From the NCBI GenBank assembly GCA_964276515.1, contig OZ193909.1:10354001-10418000 (forward strand): DNA of 64,000 nt. The letters are read 5' to 3'. The DNA comes from Gordius albopunctatus (lineage: Eukaryota). The translations under genes were made by a program, and so were the position numbers. Below the pieces are notes generated by a model. It saw only the letters and a program-made list of their open reading frames with translations, was not told where the DNA came from and ran no database searches. Of the stretch, positions 16,013 through 29,250 are shown piece by piece; within the stretch, counting starts at the first letter, position 1; each line of letters starts with the position of its first letter.

Positions 16013-19000
16013 AAGCTGCGAGAACTATCATTTTGAGGAAAGACAACGTTATATTGTTGCGATTATCATCGCGACGAGAATGCTGAATTTTTGAAACATG
16101 CTATATGCGATGATTATTTCAAAGTAATAGTTATTTAATTGTGATAAATTTTTACTTCTTATCATGGAATACACGTCTGAAAATAACAACTTTCATCGGA
16201 TGAATATGTGTTAATGGAAATAATTTTAAATATTTTGAGCTAAAAAAATATATTTTTTGTTATTTTATGTAAAAGAGCTTGAAAAAATATATAAAAGTAA
16301 GCTAATTTGAGAATCCTATTAATCTCGATCGACTCCTTATAAGAAGTTTTAAGCTGCGAGAACTATGATTTTGAGGAAAGACAACGTTATATTGTTGCGA
16401 TTAGTTGTGAGTGCTGAATTTTTGAAACATGCTATATGCGATGATGATTTCAAATTAATACTTTTCTAATCCTGATAAATTTTTACTTCATATCATGGAA
16501 ATCACGTCTGAAAATAACAACTTTCATTGGATAAATATAGTTTAATGGAAAAAATTTTAAATATTTTGAGCTAAAAAAATATATTTTTTGTTATTTTATG
16601 TGAAAGAGCTTGAAAAAATATATGAAAGTAAGCTAATTTGAGAATCCTATTATTCTTTATAGACTCCTTATAAGAAGTTTTAAGCTGCGAGAACTATGAT
16701 TTTGAGGAAAGAAAACGTTATATTGTTGCGATTAGTTTGTTTCATCGCGACGAGAGTGCTGAATTTTTGAAACATGCTATATGCGATGATGATTTCAAAG
16801 TGATAGTTATATAATTCTGATTAATTTTTACTTTTTATCATGAAAATCACGTCTGAAAATAACAACTTTCATCGGATAAATATGGTTTAATGGAAAAATT
16901 TTTAAATATTTTGAGCTAAAAAAATATATTTTTTGTTATTTTATGTAAAAGAGCTTGAAAAAATATATAAAAGTAAGCTAATTTGAGAATCCTATTAATC
17001 TCGATCGACTCCTTATAAGAAGTTTTAAGCTGCGAGAACTATCATTTTGAGGAAAGACAACGTTATATTGTTCCGATTATCATCGCGACGAGAATACTGA
17101 ATTTTTGAAACATGCTATATGCAATGATTATTTCAAAGTAATAGTTATCTAATTGTGATAAATTTTTACTTCTTATCATGGAATACACGTCTGAAAATAA
17201 CAACTTTCATCGGATGAATATGTGTTAATGGAAATAATTTTAAATATTTTGAGCTAAAAAAATATATTTTTTGTTATTTTATGTAAAAGAGCTTGAAAAA
17301 ATATATAAAAGTAAGCTAATTTGAGAATCCTATTAATCTCGATCGACTCCTTATAAGAAGTTTTAAGCTGCGAGAACTATCATTTTGAGGAAAGACAACG
17401 TTATATTGTGGCGATTATCATCGCGACGAGAATGCTGAATTTTTGAAACATGCTATATGCGATGATTATTTCAAAGTAATAGTTATCTAATTGTGATAAA
17501 TTTTTACTTCTTATCATGGAATACACGTCTGAAAATAACAACTTTCATCGGATGAATATGGTTTAATGGAAATAATTTTAAATATTTTGAGCTAAAAAAA
17601 TATATTTTTTGTTATTTTATGTAAAAGAGCTTGAAAAAATATATAAAAGTAAGCTAATTTGAGAATCCTATTAATCTCGATCGACTCCTTATAAGAAGTT
17701 TTAAGCTGCGAGAACTATCATTTTGAGGAAAGACAACGTTATATTGTTGCGATTATCATCGCGACGAGAATGCTGAATTTTTGAAACATGCTATATGCGA
17801 TGATTATTTCAAAGTAATAGTTATCTAATTGTGATAAATTTTTACTTCTTATCATGGAATACACGTCTGAAAATAACAACTTTCATCGGATGAATATGTG
17901 TTAATGGAAATAATTTTAAATATTTTGAGCTAAAAAAATATATTTTTTGTTATTTTATGTAAAAGAGCTTGAAAAAATATATAAAAGTAAGCTAATTTGA
18001 GAATCCTATTAATCTCGATCGACTCCTTATAAGAAGTTTTAAGCTGCGAGAACTATGATTTTGAGGAAAGACAACGTTATATTGTTGCGATTAGTTGTGA
18101 GTGCTGAATTTTTGAAACATGCTATATGCGATGATGATTTCAAATTAATACTTTTCTAATCCTGATAAATTTTTACTTCTTATCATGGAAATCACGTCTG
18201 AAAATAACAACTTTCATTGGATAAATATAGTTTAATGGAAAAAATTTTAAATATTTTGAGCTAAAAAAATATATTTTTTGTTATTTTATGTGAAAGAGCT
18301 TGAAAAAATATATGAAAGTAAGCTAATTTGAGAATGCTATTATTCTTTATAGACTCCTTATAAGAAGTTTTAAGCTGCGAGAACTATGATTTTGAGGAAA
18401 GAAAACGTTATATTGTTGCGATTAGTTTGTTTCATCGCGACGAGAGTGCTGAATTTTTGAAACATGCTATATGCGATGATGATTTCAAAGTGATAGTTAT
18501 ATAATTCTGATTAATTTTTACTTTTTATCATGAAAATCACGTCTGAAAATAACAACTTTCATCGGATAAATATGGTTTAATGGAAAAATTTTTAAATATT
18601 TATAGCTAAAAAAATATATTTTTTGTTATTTTATGTAAAAGAGCTTGAAAAAATATATAAAAGTAAGCTAATTTGAGAATCCTATTAATCTCGATCGACT
18701 CCTTATAAGAAGTTTTAAGCTGCGAGAACTATCATTTTGAGGAAAGACAACGTTATATTGTTCCGATTATCATCGCGACGAGAATACTGAATTTTTGAAA
18801 CATGCTATATGCAATGATTATTTCAAAGTAATAGTTATCTAATTGTGATAAATTTTTACTTCTTATCATGGAATACACGTCTGAAAATAACAACTTTCAT
18901 CGGATGAATATGTGTTAATGGAAATAATTTTAAATATTTTGAGCTAAAAAAATATATTTTTTGTTATTTTATGTAAAAGAGCTTGAAAAAATATATAAAA

Positions 19001-21750
19001 GTAAGCTAATTTGAGAATCCTATTAATCTCGATCGACTCCTTATAAGAAGTTTTAAGCTGCGAGAACTATCATTTTGAGGAAAGACAACGTTATATTGTG
19101 GCGATTATCATCGCGACGAGAATGCTGAATTTTTGAAACATGCTATATGCGATGATTATTTCAAAGTAATAGTTATCTAATTGTGATAAATTTTTACTTC
19201 TTATCATGGAATACACGTCTGAAAATAACAACTTTCATCGGATGAATATGGTTTAATGGAAATAATTTTAAATATTTTGAGCTAAAAAAATATATTTTTT
19301 GTTATTTTATGTAAAAGAGCTTGAAAAAATATATAAAAGTAAGCTAATTTGAGAATCCTATTAATCTCGATCGACTCCTTATAAGAAGTTTTAAGCTGCG
19401 AGAACTATCATTTTGAGGAAAGACAACGTTATATTGTTGCGATTATCATCGCGACGAGAATGCTGAATTTTTGAAACATGCTATATGCGATGATTATTTC
19501 AAAGTAATAGTTATCTAATTGTGATAAATTTTTACTTCTTATCATGGAATACACGTCTGAAAATAACAACTTTCATCGGATGAATATGTGTTAATGGAAA
19601 TAATTTTAAATATTTTGAGCTAAAAAAATATATTTTTTGTTATTTTATGTAAAAGAGCTTGAAAAAATATATAAAAGTAAGCTAATTTGAGAATCCTATT
19701 AATCTCGATCGACTCCTTATAAGAAGTTTTAAGCTGCGAGAACTATGATTTTGAGGAAAGACAACGTTATATTGTTGCGATTAGTTGTGAGTGCTGAATT
19801 TTTGAAACATGCTATATGCGATGATGATTTCAAATTAATACTTTTCTAATCCTGATAAATTTTTACTTCTTATCATGGAAATCACGTCTGAAAATAACAA
19901 CTTTCATTGGATAAATATAGTTTAATGGAAAAAAATTTAAATATTTTGAGCTAAAAAAATATATTTTTTGTTATTTTATGTGAAAGAGCTTGAAAAAATA
20001 TATGAAAGTAAGCTAATTTGAGAATCCTATTATTCTTTATAGACTCCTTATAAGAAGTTTTAAGCTGCGAGAACTATGATTTTGAGGAAAGAAAACGTTA
20101 TATTGTTGCGATTAGTTTGTTTCATCGCGACGAGAGTGCTGAATTTTTGAAACATGCTATATGCGATGATGATTTCAAAGTGATAGTTATATAATTCTGA
20201 TTAATTTTTACTTTTTATCATGAAAATCACGTCTGAAAATAACAACTTTCATCGGATAAATATGGTTTAATGGAAAAATTTTTAAATATTTATAGCTAAA
20301 AAAATATATTTTTTGTTATTTTATGTAAAAGAGCTTGAAAAAATATATAAAAGTAAGCTAATTTGAGAATCCTATTAATCTCGATCGACTCCTTATAAGA
20401 AGTTTTAAGCTGCGAGAACTATCATTTTGAGGAAAGACAACGTTATATTGTTCCGATTATCATCGCGACGAGAATACTGAATTTTTGAAACATGCTATAT
20501 GCAATGATTATTTCAAAGTAATAGTTATCTAATTGTGATAAATTTTTACTTCTTATCATGGAATACACGTCTGAAAATAACAACTTTCATCGGATGAATA
20601 TGTGTTAATGGAAATAATTTTAAATATTTTGAGCTAAAAAAATATATTTTTTGTTATTTTATGTAAAAGAGCTTGAAAAAATATATAAAAGTAAGCTAAT
20701 TTGAGAATCCTATTAATCTCGATCGACTCCTTATAAGAAGTTTTAAGCTGCGAGAACTATCATTTTGAGGAAAGACAACGTTATATTGTGGCGATTATCA
20801 TCGCGACGAGAATGCTGAATTTTTGAAACATGCTATATGCGATGATTATTTCAAAGTAATAGTTATCTAATTGTGATAAATTTTTACTTCTTATCATGGA
20901 ATACACGTCTGAAAATAACAACTTTCATCGGATGAATATGGTTTAATGGAAATAATTTTAAATATTTTGAGCTAAAAAAATATATTTTTTGTTATTTTAT
21001 GTAAAAGAGCTTGAAAAAATATATAAAAGTAAGCTAATTTGAGAATCCTATTAATCTCGATCGACTCCTTATAAGAAGTTTTAAGCTGCGAGAACTATCA
21101 TTTTGAGGAAAGACAACGTTATATTGTTGCGATTATCATCGCGACGAGAATGCTGAATTTTTGAAACATGCTATATGCGATGATTATTTCAAAGTAATAG
21201 TTATCTAATTGTGATAAATTTTTACTTCTTATCATGGAATACACGTCTGAAAATAACAACTTTCATCGGATGAATATGTGTTAATGGAAATAATTTTAAA
21301 TATTTTGAGCTAAAAAAATATATTTTTTGTTATTTTATGTAAAAGAGCTTGAAAAAATATATAAAAGTAAGCTAATTTGAGAATCCTATTAATCTCGATC
21401 GACTCCTTATAAGAAGTTTTAAGCTGCGAGAACTATGATTTTGAGGAAAGACAACGTTATATTGTTGCGATTAGTTGTGAGTGCTGAATTTTTGAAACAT
21501 GCTATATGCGATGATGATTTCAAAGTAATACTTTTCTAATCCTGATAAATTTTTACTTCTTATCATGGAAATCACGTCTGAAAATAACAACTTTCATTGG
21601 ATGAATATAGTTTAATGGAAAAAATTTGAAATATTTTGAGCTAAAAAAATATATTTTTTGTTATTTTATGTAAAAGAGCTTTAAATAAAATATAAAAGTA
21701 AGCTAATTTGAGAATCCTATTATTCTCTATCGACTCCTTATAAGAAGTGT
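16013..21750. repeat. 5-monomer higher-order repeat, 1690-bp period (331+345+338+338+338), ~3.3 copies
   Basis: Monomer anchors at 16351/18041/19731/21421. The diagnostic TTGTGGCGATT variant recurs at ~17406/19096/20786. Confidence 0.92.
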
Positions 21751-21999
21751 TAAGCTGCGAGAACTATGATTTTGAGGATAGAAAACGTTATATTGTTGCG
21801 ATTAGTTTGTTTTATCGCGACGTGAGTGCTGAATTTTTGAAACATGCTATATGCGATGATGATTTCAAAGTAATACTTTTCTAATCCTGATAAATTTTTA
21901 CTTCTTATCATGGAAATCACGTCTGAAAATAACAACTTTCATTGGATGAATATGGTTTAATGGAAAAAATTTGAAATATTTTGAGCTAAAATATATATA

Positions 22000-24310
22000 T
22001 TTTGTTATTTTATATAAAAGAGGTTGAAAAAATATATAAAAGTAAGCTAATTTGAGAATCCTATTAATCTCGATCGACTCCTTATAAGAAGTTTTAAGCT
22101 GCGAGAACTATCATTTTGAGGAAAGACAACGTTATATTGTTCCGATTATCATCGCGACGAGAATGCTGAATTTTTGAAACATGCTATATGCGATGATTAT
22201 TTCAAAGTAATAGTTATCTAATTGTGATAAATTTTTACTTCTTATCATCGCGACGAGAATGCTGAATTTTTGAAACATGCTATATGCGATGATTATTTCA
22301 AAGTAATAGTTATCTAATTGTGATAAATTTTTACTTCTTATCATGGAAATCACGTCTGAAAATAACAACTTTCATTGGATGAATATGGTTTAATGGAAAA
22401 AATTTGAAATATTTTGAGCTAAAATATATATATTTTGTTATTTTATATAAAAGAGGTTGAAAAAATATATAAAAGTAAGCTAATTTGAGAATCCTATTAA
22501 TCTCGATCGACTCCTTATAAGAAGTTTTAAGCTGCGAGAACTATCATTTTGAGGAAAGACAACGTTATATTGTTCCGATTATCATCGCGACGAGAATGCT
22601 GAATTTTTGAAACATGCTATATGCGATGATTATTTCAAAGTAATAGTTATCTAATTGTGATAAATTTTTACTTCTTATCATGGAATACACGTCTGAAAAT
22701 AACAACTTTCATCGGATGAATATGGTTTAATGGAAAAAATTTTAAATATTTTGAGCTAAAAAAATATATTTTTTGTTATTTTATGTAAAAGAGCTTGAAA
22801 AAATATATAAAAGTAAGCTAATTTGAGAATCCTATTAATCTCGATCGACTCCTTATAAGAAGTTTTAAGCTGCGAGAACTATCATTTTGAGGAAAGACAA
22901 CGTTATATTGTTACGATTATCATCGCGACGAGAATGCTGAATTTTTGAAACATGCTATATGCGATGATGATTTCAAAGTAATACTTTTCTAATCCTGATA
23001 AATTTTTACTTCTTATCATGGAAATCACGTCTGAAAATAACAACTTTTATCGGATGAATATGGTTGAAAGGAAAAAATTTGAAATATTTTGAGCTAAAAT
23101 ATATATATTTTGTTATTTTATATAAAAGAGGTTGAAAAAATATATAAAAGTAAGCTAATTTGAGAATCCTATTAATCTCGATCGACTCCTTATAAGAAGT
23201 TTTAAGCTGCGAGAACTATCATTTTGAGGAAAGACAACGTTATATTGTTCCGATTATCATCGCGACGAGAATGCTGAATTTTTGAAACATGCTATATGCG
23301 ATGATTATTTCAAAGTAATAGTTATCTAATTGTGATAAATTTTTACTTCTTATCATCGCGACGAGAATGCTGAATTTTTGAAACATGCTATATGCGATGA
23401 TTATTTCAAAGTAATAGTTATCTAATTGTGATAAATTTTTACTTCTTATCATGGAAATCACGTCTGAAAATAACAACTTTCATTGGATGAATATGGTTTA
23501 ATGGAAAAAATTTGAAATATTTTGAGCTAAAATATATATATTTTGTTATTTTATATAAAAGAGGTTGAAAAAATATATAAAAGTAAGCTAATTTGAGAAT
23601 CCTATTAATCTCGATCGACTCCTTATAAGAAGTTTTAAGCTGCGAGAACTATCATTTTGAGGAAAGACAACGTTATATTGTTCCGATTATCATCGCGACG
23701 AGAATGCTGAATTTTTGAAACATGCTATATGCGATGATTATTTCAAAGTAATAGTTATCTAATTGTGATAAATTTTTACTTCTTATCATGGAATACACGT
23801 CTGAAAATAACAACTTTCATCGGATGAATATGGTTTAATGGAAAAAATTTTAAATATTTTGAGCTAAAAAAATATATTTTTTGTTATTTTATGTAAAAGA
23901 GCTTGAAAAAATATATAAAAGTAAGCTAATTTGAGAATCCTATTAATCTCGATCGACTCCTTATAAGAAGTTTTAAGCTGCGAGAACTATCATTTTGAGG
24001 AAAGACAACGTTATATTGTTACGATTATCATCGCGACGAGAATGCTGAATTTTTGAAACATGCTATATGCGATGATGATTTCAAAGTAATACTTTTCTAA
24101 TCCTGATAAATTTTTACTTCTTATCATGGAAATCACGTCTGAAAATAACAACTTTTATCGGATGAATATGGTTGAAAGGAAAAAATTTGAAATATTTTGA
24201 GCTAAAATATATATATTTTGTTATTTTATATAAAAGAGGTTGAAAAAATATATAAAAGTAAGCTAATTTGAGAATCCTATTAATCTCGATCGACTCCTTA
24301 TAAGAAGTTT
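22000..24310. repeat. 3-monomer higher-order repeat, 1108-bp period, 2 copies, one monomer carrying a 96-bp internal duplication
   Basis: 22132 and 23240 begin identical blocks. TATCATCGCGACG occurs at 22147 and again at 22243. Confidence 0.92.
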
Positions 24311-25840
24311 TAAGCTGCGAGAACTATTATTTTGAGGAAAGACAACGTTATATTGTTGCGATTAGTTTGTTTCATCTCGACGTGAGTGCTGAATTTTTGA
24401 AACATGCTATATGCGATGATGATTTCAAATTAATAGTTATCTAATTCTTATAAATTTTTACTTCTTATCATGGAAATCCCGTCTGAAAATAACAACTTTC
24501 ATCGGATGAATATGGTTGAAAGGAAAAAATTTGAAATATTTTGAGCTAAAAAAATATATTTTTTGTTATTTTATGTAAAAGAGCTTTAAATAAAATATAA
24601 AAGTAAGCTAATTTGAGAATCCTATTATTCTCTATCGACTCCTTATAAGAAGTGTTAAGCTGCGAGAACTATGATTTTGAGGAAAGAAAACGTTATATTG
24701 TTGCGATTAGTTTGTTTTATCGCGACGTGAGTGCTGAATTTTTGAAACATGCTATATGCGATGATGATTTCAAAGTAATACTTTTCTAATCCTGATAAAT
24801 TTTTACTTCTTATCATGGAAATCACGTCTGAAAATAACAACTTTCATTGGATGAATATGGTTTAATGGAAAAAATTTGAAATATTTTGAGCTAAAATATA
24901 TATATTTTGTTATTTTATATAAAAGAGGTTGAAAAAATATATAAAAGTAAGCTAATTTGACAATCCTATCATTCTCGATCGACTCCTTATAAGAAGTTTT
25001 AAGCTGCGAGAACTATGATTTTGAGGAAAGACAACGTTATATTGTTGCGATTAGTTTGTTTTATCGCGACATGAGTGCTGAATTTTTGAAACATGCTATA
25101 TGCGATGATGATTTCAAAGTAATAGTTTTCTGTTTCTGATAAATTTTTACTTTTTATGATGGAAACCACGTTTAAAAATAACAACTTTCATTGGATGAAT
25201 ATGGTTTAATGGAAAAAATTTGAAATATTTTGAGCTAAAATATATATATATTGTTATTTTATGTAAAAGAGGTTGAAAAAATATATAAAAGTAAGCTAAT
25301 TTGACAATCCTATTATTCTCGATCGACTCCTTATAAGAAGTTTTAAGCTGCGAGAACTATGATTTTGAGCAAAGACAAGGTTATATTGTTGCGATTAGTT
25401 TGTTTTATCGCGACGTGAGTGCTGAATTTTTGAAACATGCTATATGCGATCATGATTTCAAAGTAATAGTTTTCTGATTCTGATAAATTTTTAATTTTTA
25501 TGATGGAAATCGTGTTTGAAAACGACAACTTTCTTCGGATTTATAAAAATGTGAAATATTTTGAGTTAAAAAATTTTCTTTTTGTTATTTTATGTGAAAG
25601 AGCTTGATAAAATATATAAAATTAAGCCAATTTGAGAAACCTTTTATCCTCGATTGACTACCGAAAATAAGCTTTAAGTTGCAAGAACTATCATTTTGAG
25701 GAAAGACAACGTTTTATTGTTGCGATTAGTTTGTTGTATCGCAACGATAATGCTGAATTTTTGAAACATGCTCTATGCGATTATGATTTCAAATTAATAG
25801 TTTTCTGATTCTTTTAAATTTTTTCTTTTTATCATGAAAA

Positions 25841-26960
25841 CGGCGGCTACCTCCCATAAACCACCAAAATGATGTGCTCTCGGTGGAATAAAGTGCCAAT
25901 TAATGCCCTGTATTGCTTGTTTCAAATTTATTCTTTCGTGGTTGCTGGGATAGGTAATGACTGAAGATGTCATAATTCCTTTTTAGCTCCTATTGAGTGG
26001 TTAACTCCCCTCGATAGAAAACGTTTAAAAATCATTAAGAAATGCTTCGGTGGTAATGTTAATACTAATTATTTGTGAACTGCTCTTGTATTATAATAAG
26101 ACAAACAAAAAATGCAGAATATACTTTAATGAATATGTTTTAATTAGCTTGTTGTTTCGACGTTTATTCTCCCGAATTAGTAATGGTCCAAAGTAATCTT
26201 GCCCGGTGTTATAAAATTGTCTGGTAGGTACAACGCGACTAGTTGGAGGATTGCCCATGATACATTGTTATCTGGTCTCTGATGGGCCAATAGGCGGTTC
26301 AAACATTAGCTTTAGTATTTTGCACACCAGTATGAAAATATTCTTCATGGTACATTTTAATTATGAGATTTAAAATGAAGTGGGTTTTTGGAAGGAGAGC
26401 AGGATGTTTTTGCCAATTGAAGACATTTGCGTTTCTTAGTCTTCCTCAAACTCTGATTACACCGTCGTGAAGAAAAAGTGTTAAACTGAGTATTTTACTG
26501 TTGTTGGATACCTTATTGAACTTTACAGGGGTATGTAAATCTGTTGAAAAACATTCCATTTTAACAATTTTTAACACAGTTAAATGTAGCTTGACAAATT
26601 TTGTGGTTGACAAGGATCCAAATTCAACATTTAATGTTTAGATAAAAACGTTAACAATATGCTATAATTCGTATCAATTTTCGAAAATTATAGTATTTTG
26701 TTAACAAAGGATTAGTCTTATAAACAATAGAACAGTGTTGCGTTCGGGTAATTGGACATATCATTCAAAGACGACTGCTCAATAATAGGATAGTCGGTGG
26801 ATAACCAAATGGATCGTGTCCACCATTTGGGATCATTACTCATCTGGTAAACAGCCTCTTGATAGATAGTCAGCTGGATTGTCGATTGTTTGTAAATGAT
26901 GCCAGTTGTCTATTTTTAGGTTTTGTTGTATATGAGCAACTAGATTAGCAACAAACAGTT
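25841..26960 (-). mobile_element. Degenerate BEL/Pao LTR retrotransposon pol fragment (RNase H - integrase)
   Basis: Minus-strand peptides occur in Pao order: NWHHLQTIDNPADYLSRG (~26840-26910), HPALLPKTHFILNLIIKMYHEE (~26345-26406), MGNPPTSRV, GQDYFGPL, TRAVH...TTEAFL, GINWHFIPPRAHHFGGLWEVAA (25841-25910). Frameshifts and stops are present. Confidence 0.85.
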
Positions 26961-27937
26961 ACTAGGACAGCCCTTGATCCGTGCTAGGACTCTTGTCGAA
27001 TCAGTAGATAAAATATATTTTATAAAGTTAGATTTACAGTTTTAAATTAATAGCTAAATAAATTGTAGCGAGTGAACATATAAATCTTATTTCAATCTAT
27101 CCTAGTTGTAAATTACAAGTAATTATTTTTAAAAGATTTATCGGGTCGAGCTCGGGACAAAATAAAAATGTTGTTCGAGCACGGGCCGGGCTAAATAAAA
27201 ACTGAGACATGGGGCTCGGGCATTAAAATTTCATTTCGCAGGTCTCTAGCTACAGGGTTGAACAAAAAAAGGAAAGATTTTAGAGATCGAAAAATATTTT
27301 TTTTTCATATTTTTCTGACGGAGAGTCAAAAAAATATCTAAAAGTGAGTAAATATTCGAAATAGTATGTATGTATGTATTTTTTGCCCCGAAGACGCCCA
27401 AGAGCTTAGTAAGTGCAATCTAAGGTTGAGCCCCTTCTCACGCCAAATGGCGCATAAGGCCACGTTATTGCTAACGTGTGATTTTATTCCTGTAACAAAT
27501 GTATGTATTAAACAGTGTAAATATGCATGATAATAAGTTAATGTACCTTAGGTGTAGGTTATGGTTAATAATTAAGCATTAGATTATGGGTAGGAATAAG
27601 GTCGTATTCGTGGAGGCGAGAAATATGTGTTTTCGAGAAATTTTTCCATGATTTTCTATCATGCATAATAGCTTGTAACGAGGTCCAATCTTTACCGAGG
27701 GTTTGCATGTCGCGGAATACTTTGTACAGCCAACTATTATTGCACGTGCGTCCCCTTAATAGAGGAGGACGCCAAAACAGGGAAGATAAACAATAATTAG
27801 TTCCTTTTCTTCTTACCTGATGGGGCAAGAAGACCCATTTTCTGGTTGAAATTATATTTTTTATCGGAGGGATTTTACATCGAACCCACAGGTCTTCGTT
27901 GGATATTATGTTAGGATAGAAAATTCTACAAACTATC

Positions 27938-29250
27938 CAGTGGCGTACGCAAGGGGGGGGTTTTAGGGTTCAAACCCCCCCCCCCCCACGGATTTCGAAA
28001 AAATATTTTTTATTTTCTGATATAGCATTATGTATCAACGCCTAAAAGGCAATATTTGTTTGATTCAATTGTAAAGTCTTCAGATTCCAAAAATTTGAAA
28101 TTAAAAACTCTCTGTGAAACAAGATGGGTTCAAAAGCATCAAGCAATAAACCGCTTTTTTGAATTAAGAGATTCAATCATCACAACCCTTGAGCAGATTA
28201 GTGAATGGGCAGACAATGATTCCTCTTCGGGTGCCATGCTATTGGTATCAGCACTTAAAACTGGCCATTTTTGGTTATCATTACACACACTAAAGCAAAT
28301 CTTTGCTTATACTTTAAATCTTAGCATTCATTTGCAAAGCGTTAACCTGGACTTATCACAGGCAATAAATGCGGCCGAAAACGTTGTGGAAGCTATTAGA
28401 TTAATTAGAAATAATTCTCAGGTAGAGTTTTCCAGGATTTTTAAAGATGTCACATTGATGGGAAAACAATATGACTTTGAGATTTCGATTCCCAGAGGAA
28501 ATGTCCAACAAACCCCAGAGGCTTATTATAGAATAACTCTGTATAATGCATTCTTAGACACTTTTTTGGTAGAAATAGACACAAGGTTTCTTGAGAATAA
28601 ACAAATTCTCATGGGATTTCATTCTTTACTACTACAACCACCTGTAAAGCTATCTGAAGTTAAACTGGCGAACTTTTTGAATTTAGCGAATTTTTATGGG
28701 GATGATTTGAATGGAAATCAAGAAATTTATGAGGCTGAGATTAAACTCTGGTATCAATCTTTTAAAGATTGTAACCCTGAAGTCCTGCCTTTTAATGCAC
28801 TAAAAGCATTGTGGGATTATAATTCCAAGCTGCTTCTATATCCAAATATAAGAGTGTTATACCAGATTTTAGCAACACTCCCAGTAACAACGTGTTCTAA
28901 TGAAAGAAGTTTTTCTACGCTGAGAAGACTTAAAACTTACTTGAGGAATACAACTGGGCAAGAGAGGTAAATACATTTTATTACAAACTCTTAATTTTAT
29001 ATAGGCTTATAGGTTTGACCTTGTTGAATATTCATAGAGATTTAATTCCAGACACTCAAGATATAATCAATGAATTTTTATCTAAATCGCGCAAATAATT
29101 TTTTCCCTACTATTTATTTTATAAAATTATATGATATGACGTTTATAATAAATATTTTTTGTGAAAGTGTTTGTATTTAAATAAATTGTAAAATTAATAT
29201 GATTCTGATTTAAAAACCCTCCCCGCAGAAAAATCCTGCGTACGCCCCTG
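27938..29250 (+). mobile_element. hAT DNA transposon, internally deleted (1313 bp)
   Basis: TIRs CAGTGGCGTACGCA / TGCGTACGCCCCTG. Perfect 8-bp TSD AAACTATC at 27930-27937 and 29251-29258. Confidence 0.95.
28056..29098 (+). pseudogene. C-terminal half of a hAT transposase with dimerization domain and one 38-bp intron (28967-29004)
   Basis: Motifs LCETRW and TLPVTTCSNERSFSTLRRLKTYLRNTTGQER. Splicing GTAAAT...TATAG gives ...GQERLIGLTLLNIHRD...SRK*. The N-terminus is absent. Confidence 0.85.

Larger units (their letters stand above)
1..25840. repeat. Tandem satellite DNA array, ~344-345 bp monomer (331/338-bp deletion variants), ~75 copies, runs off the left edge of the window
   Basis: The anchor TCGATCGACTCCTTATAAGAAGTTTTAAGCTGCG recurs every 331-345 bp. 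Monomers are near-identical until ~24.3 kb, then degenerate and end at ...ATCATGAAAA 25840. Confidence 0.99.

Noticed and set aside
312..25528. Dozens of 61-78 aa minus-strand ORFs (MLFSDV...) suggesting a tandem gene family
   Set aside because: They begin at non-ATG codons within the satellite monomer and are freely broken by 7-bp, 14-bp and 1-bp indels and stops. No recognisable domain.
1..25840. Possible CRISPR-like or diversity-generating cassette array
   Set aside because: There are no unique spacers. Whole monomers repeat with SNP and indel variants, the context is eukaryotic, and no cas genes are present.
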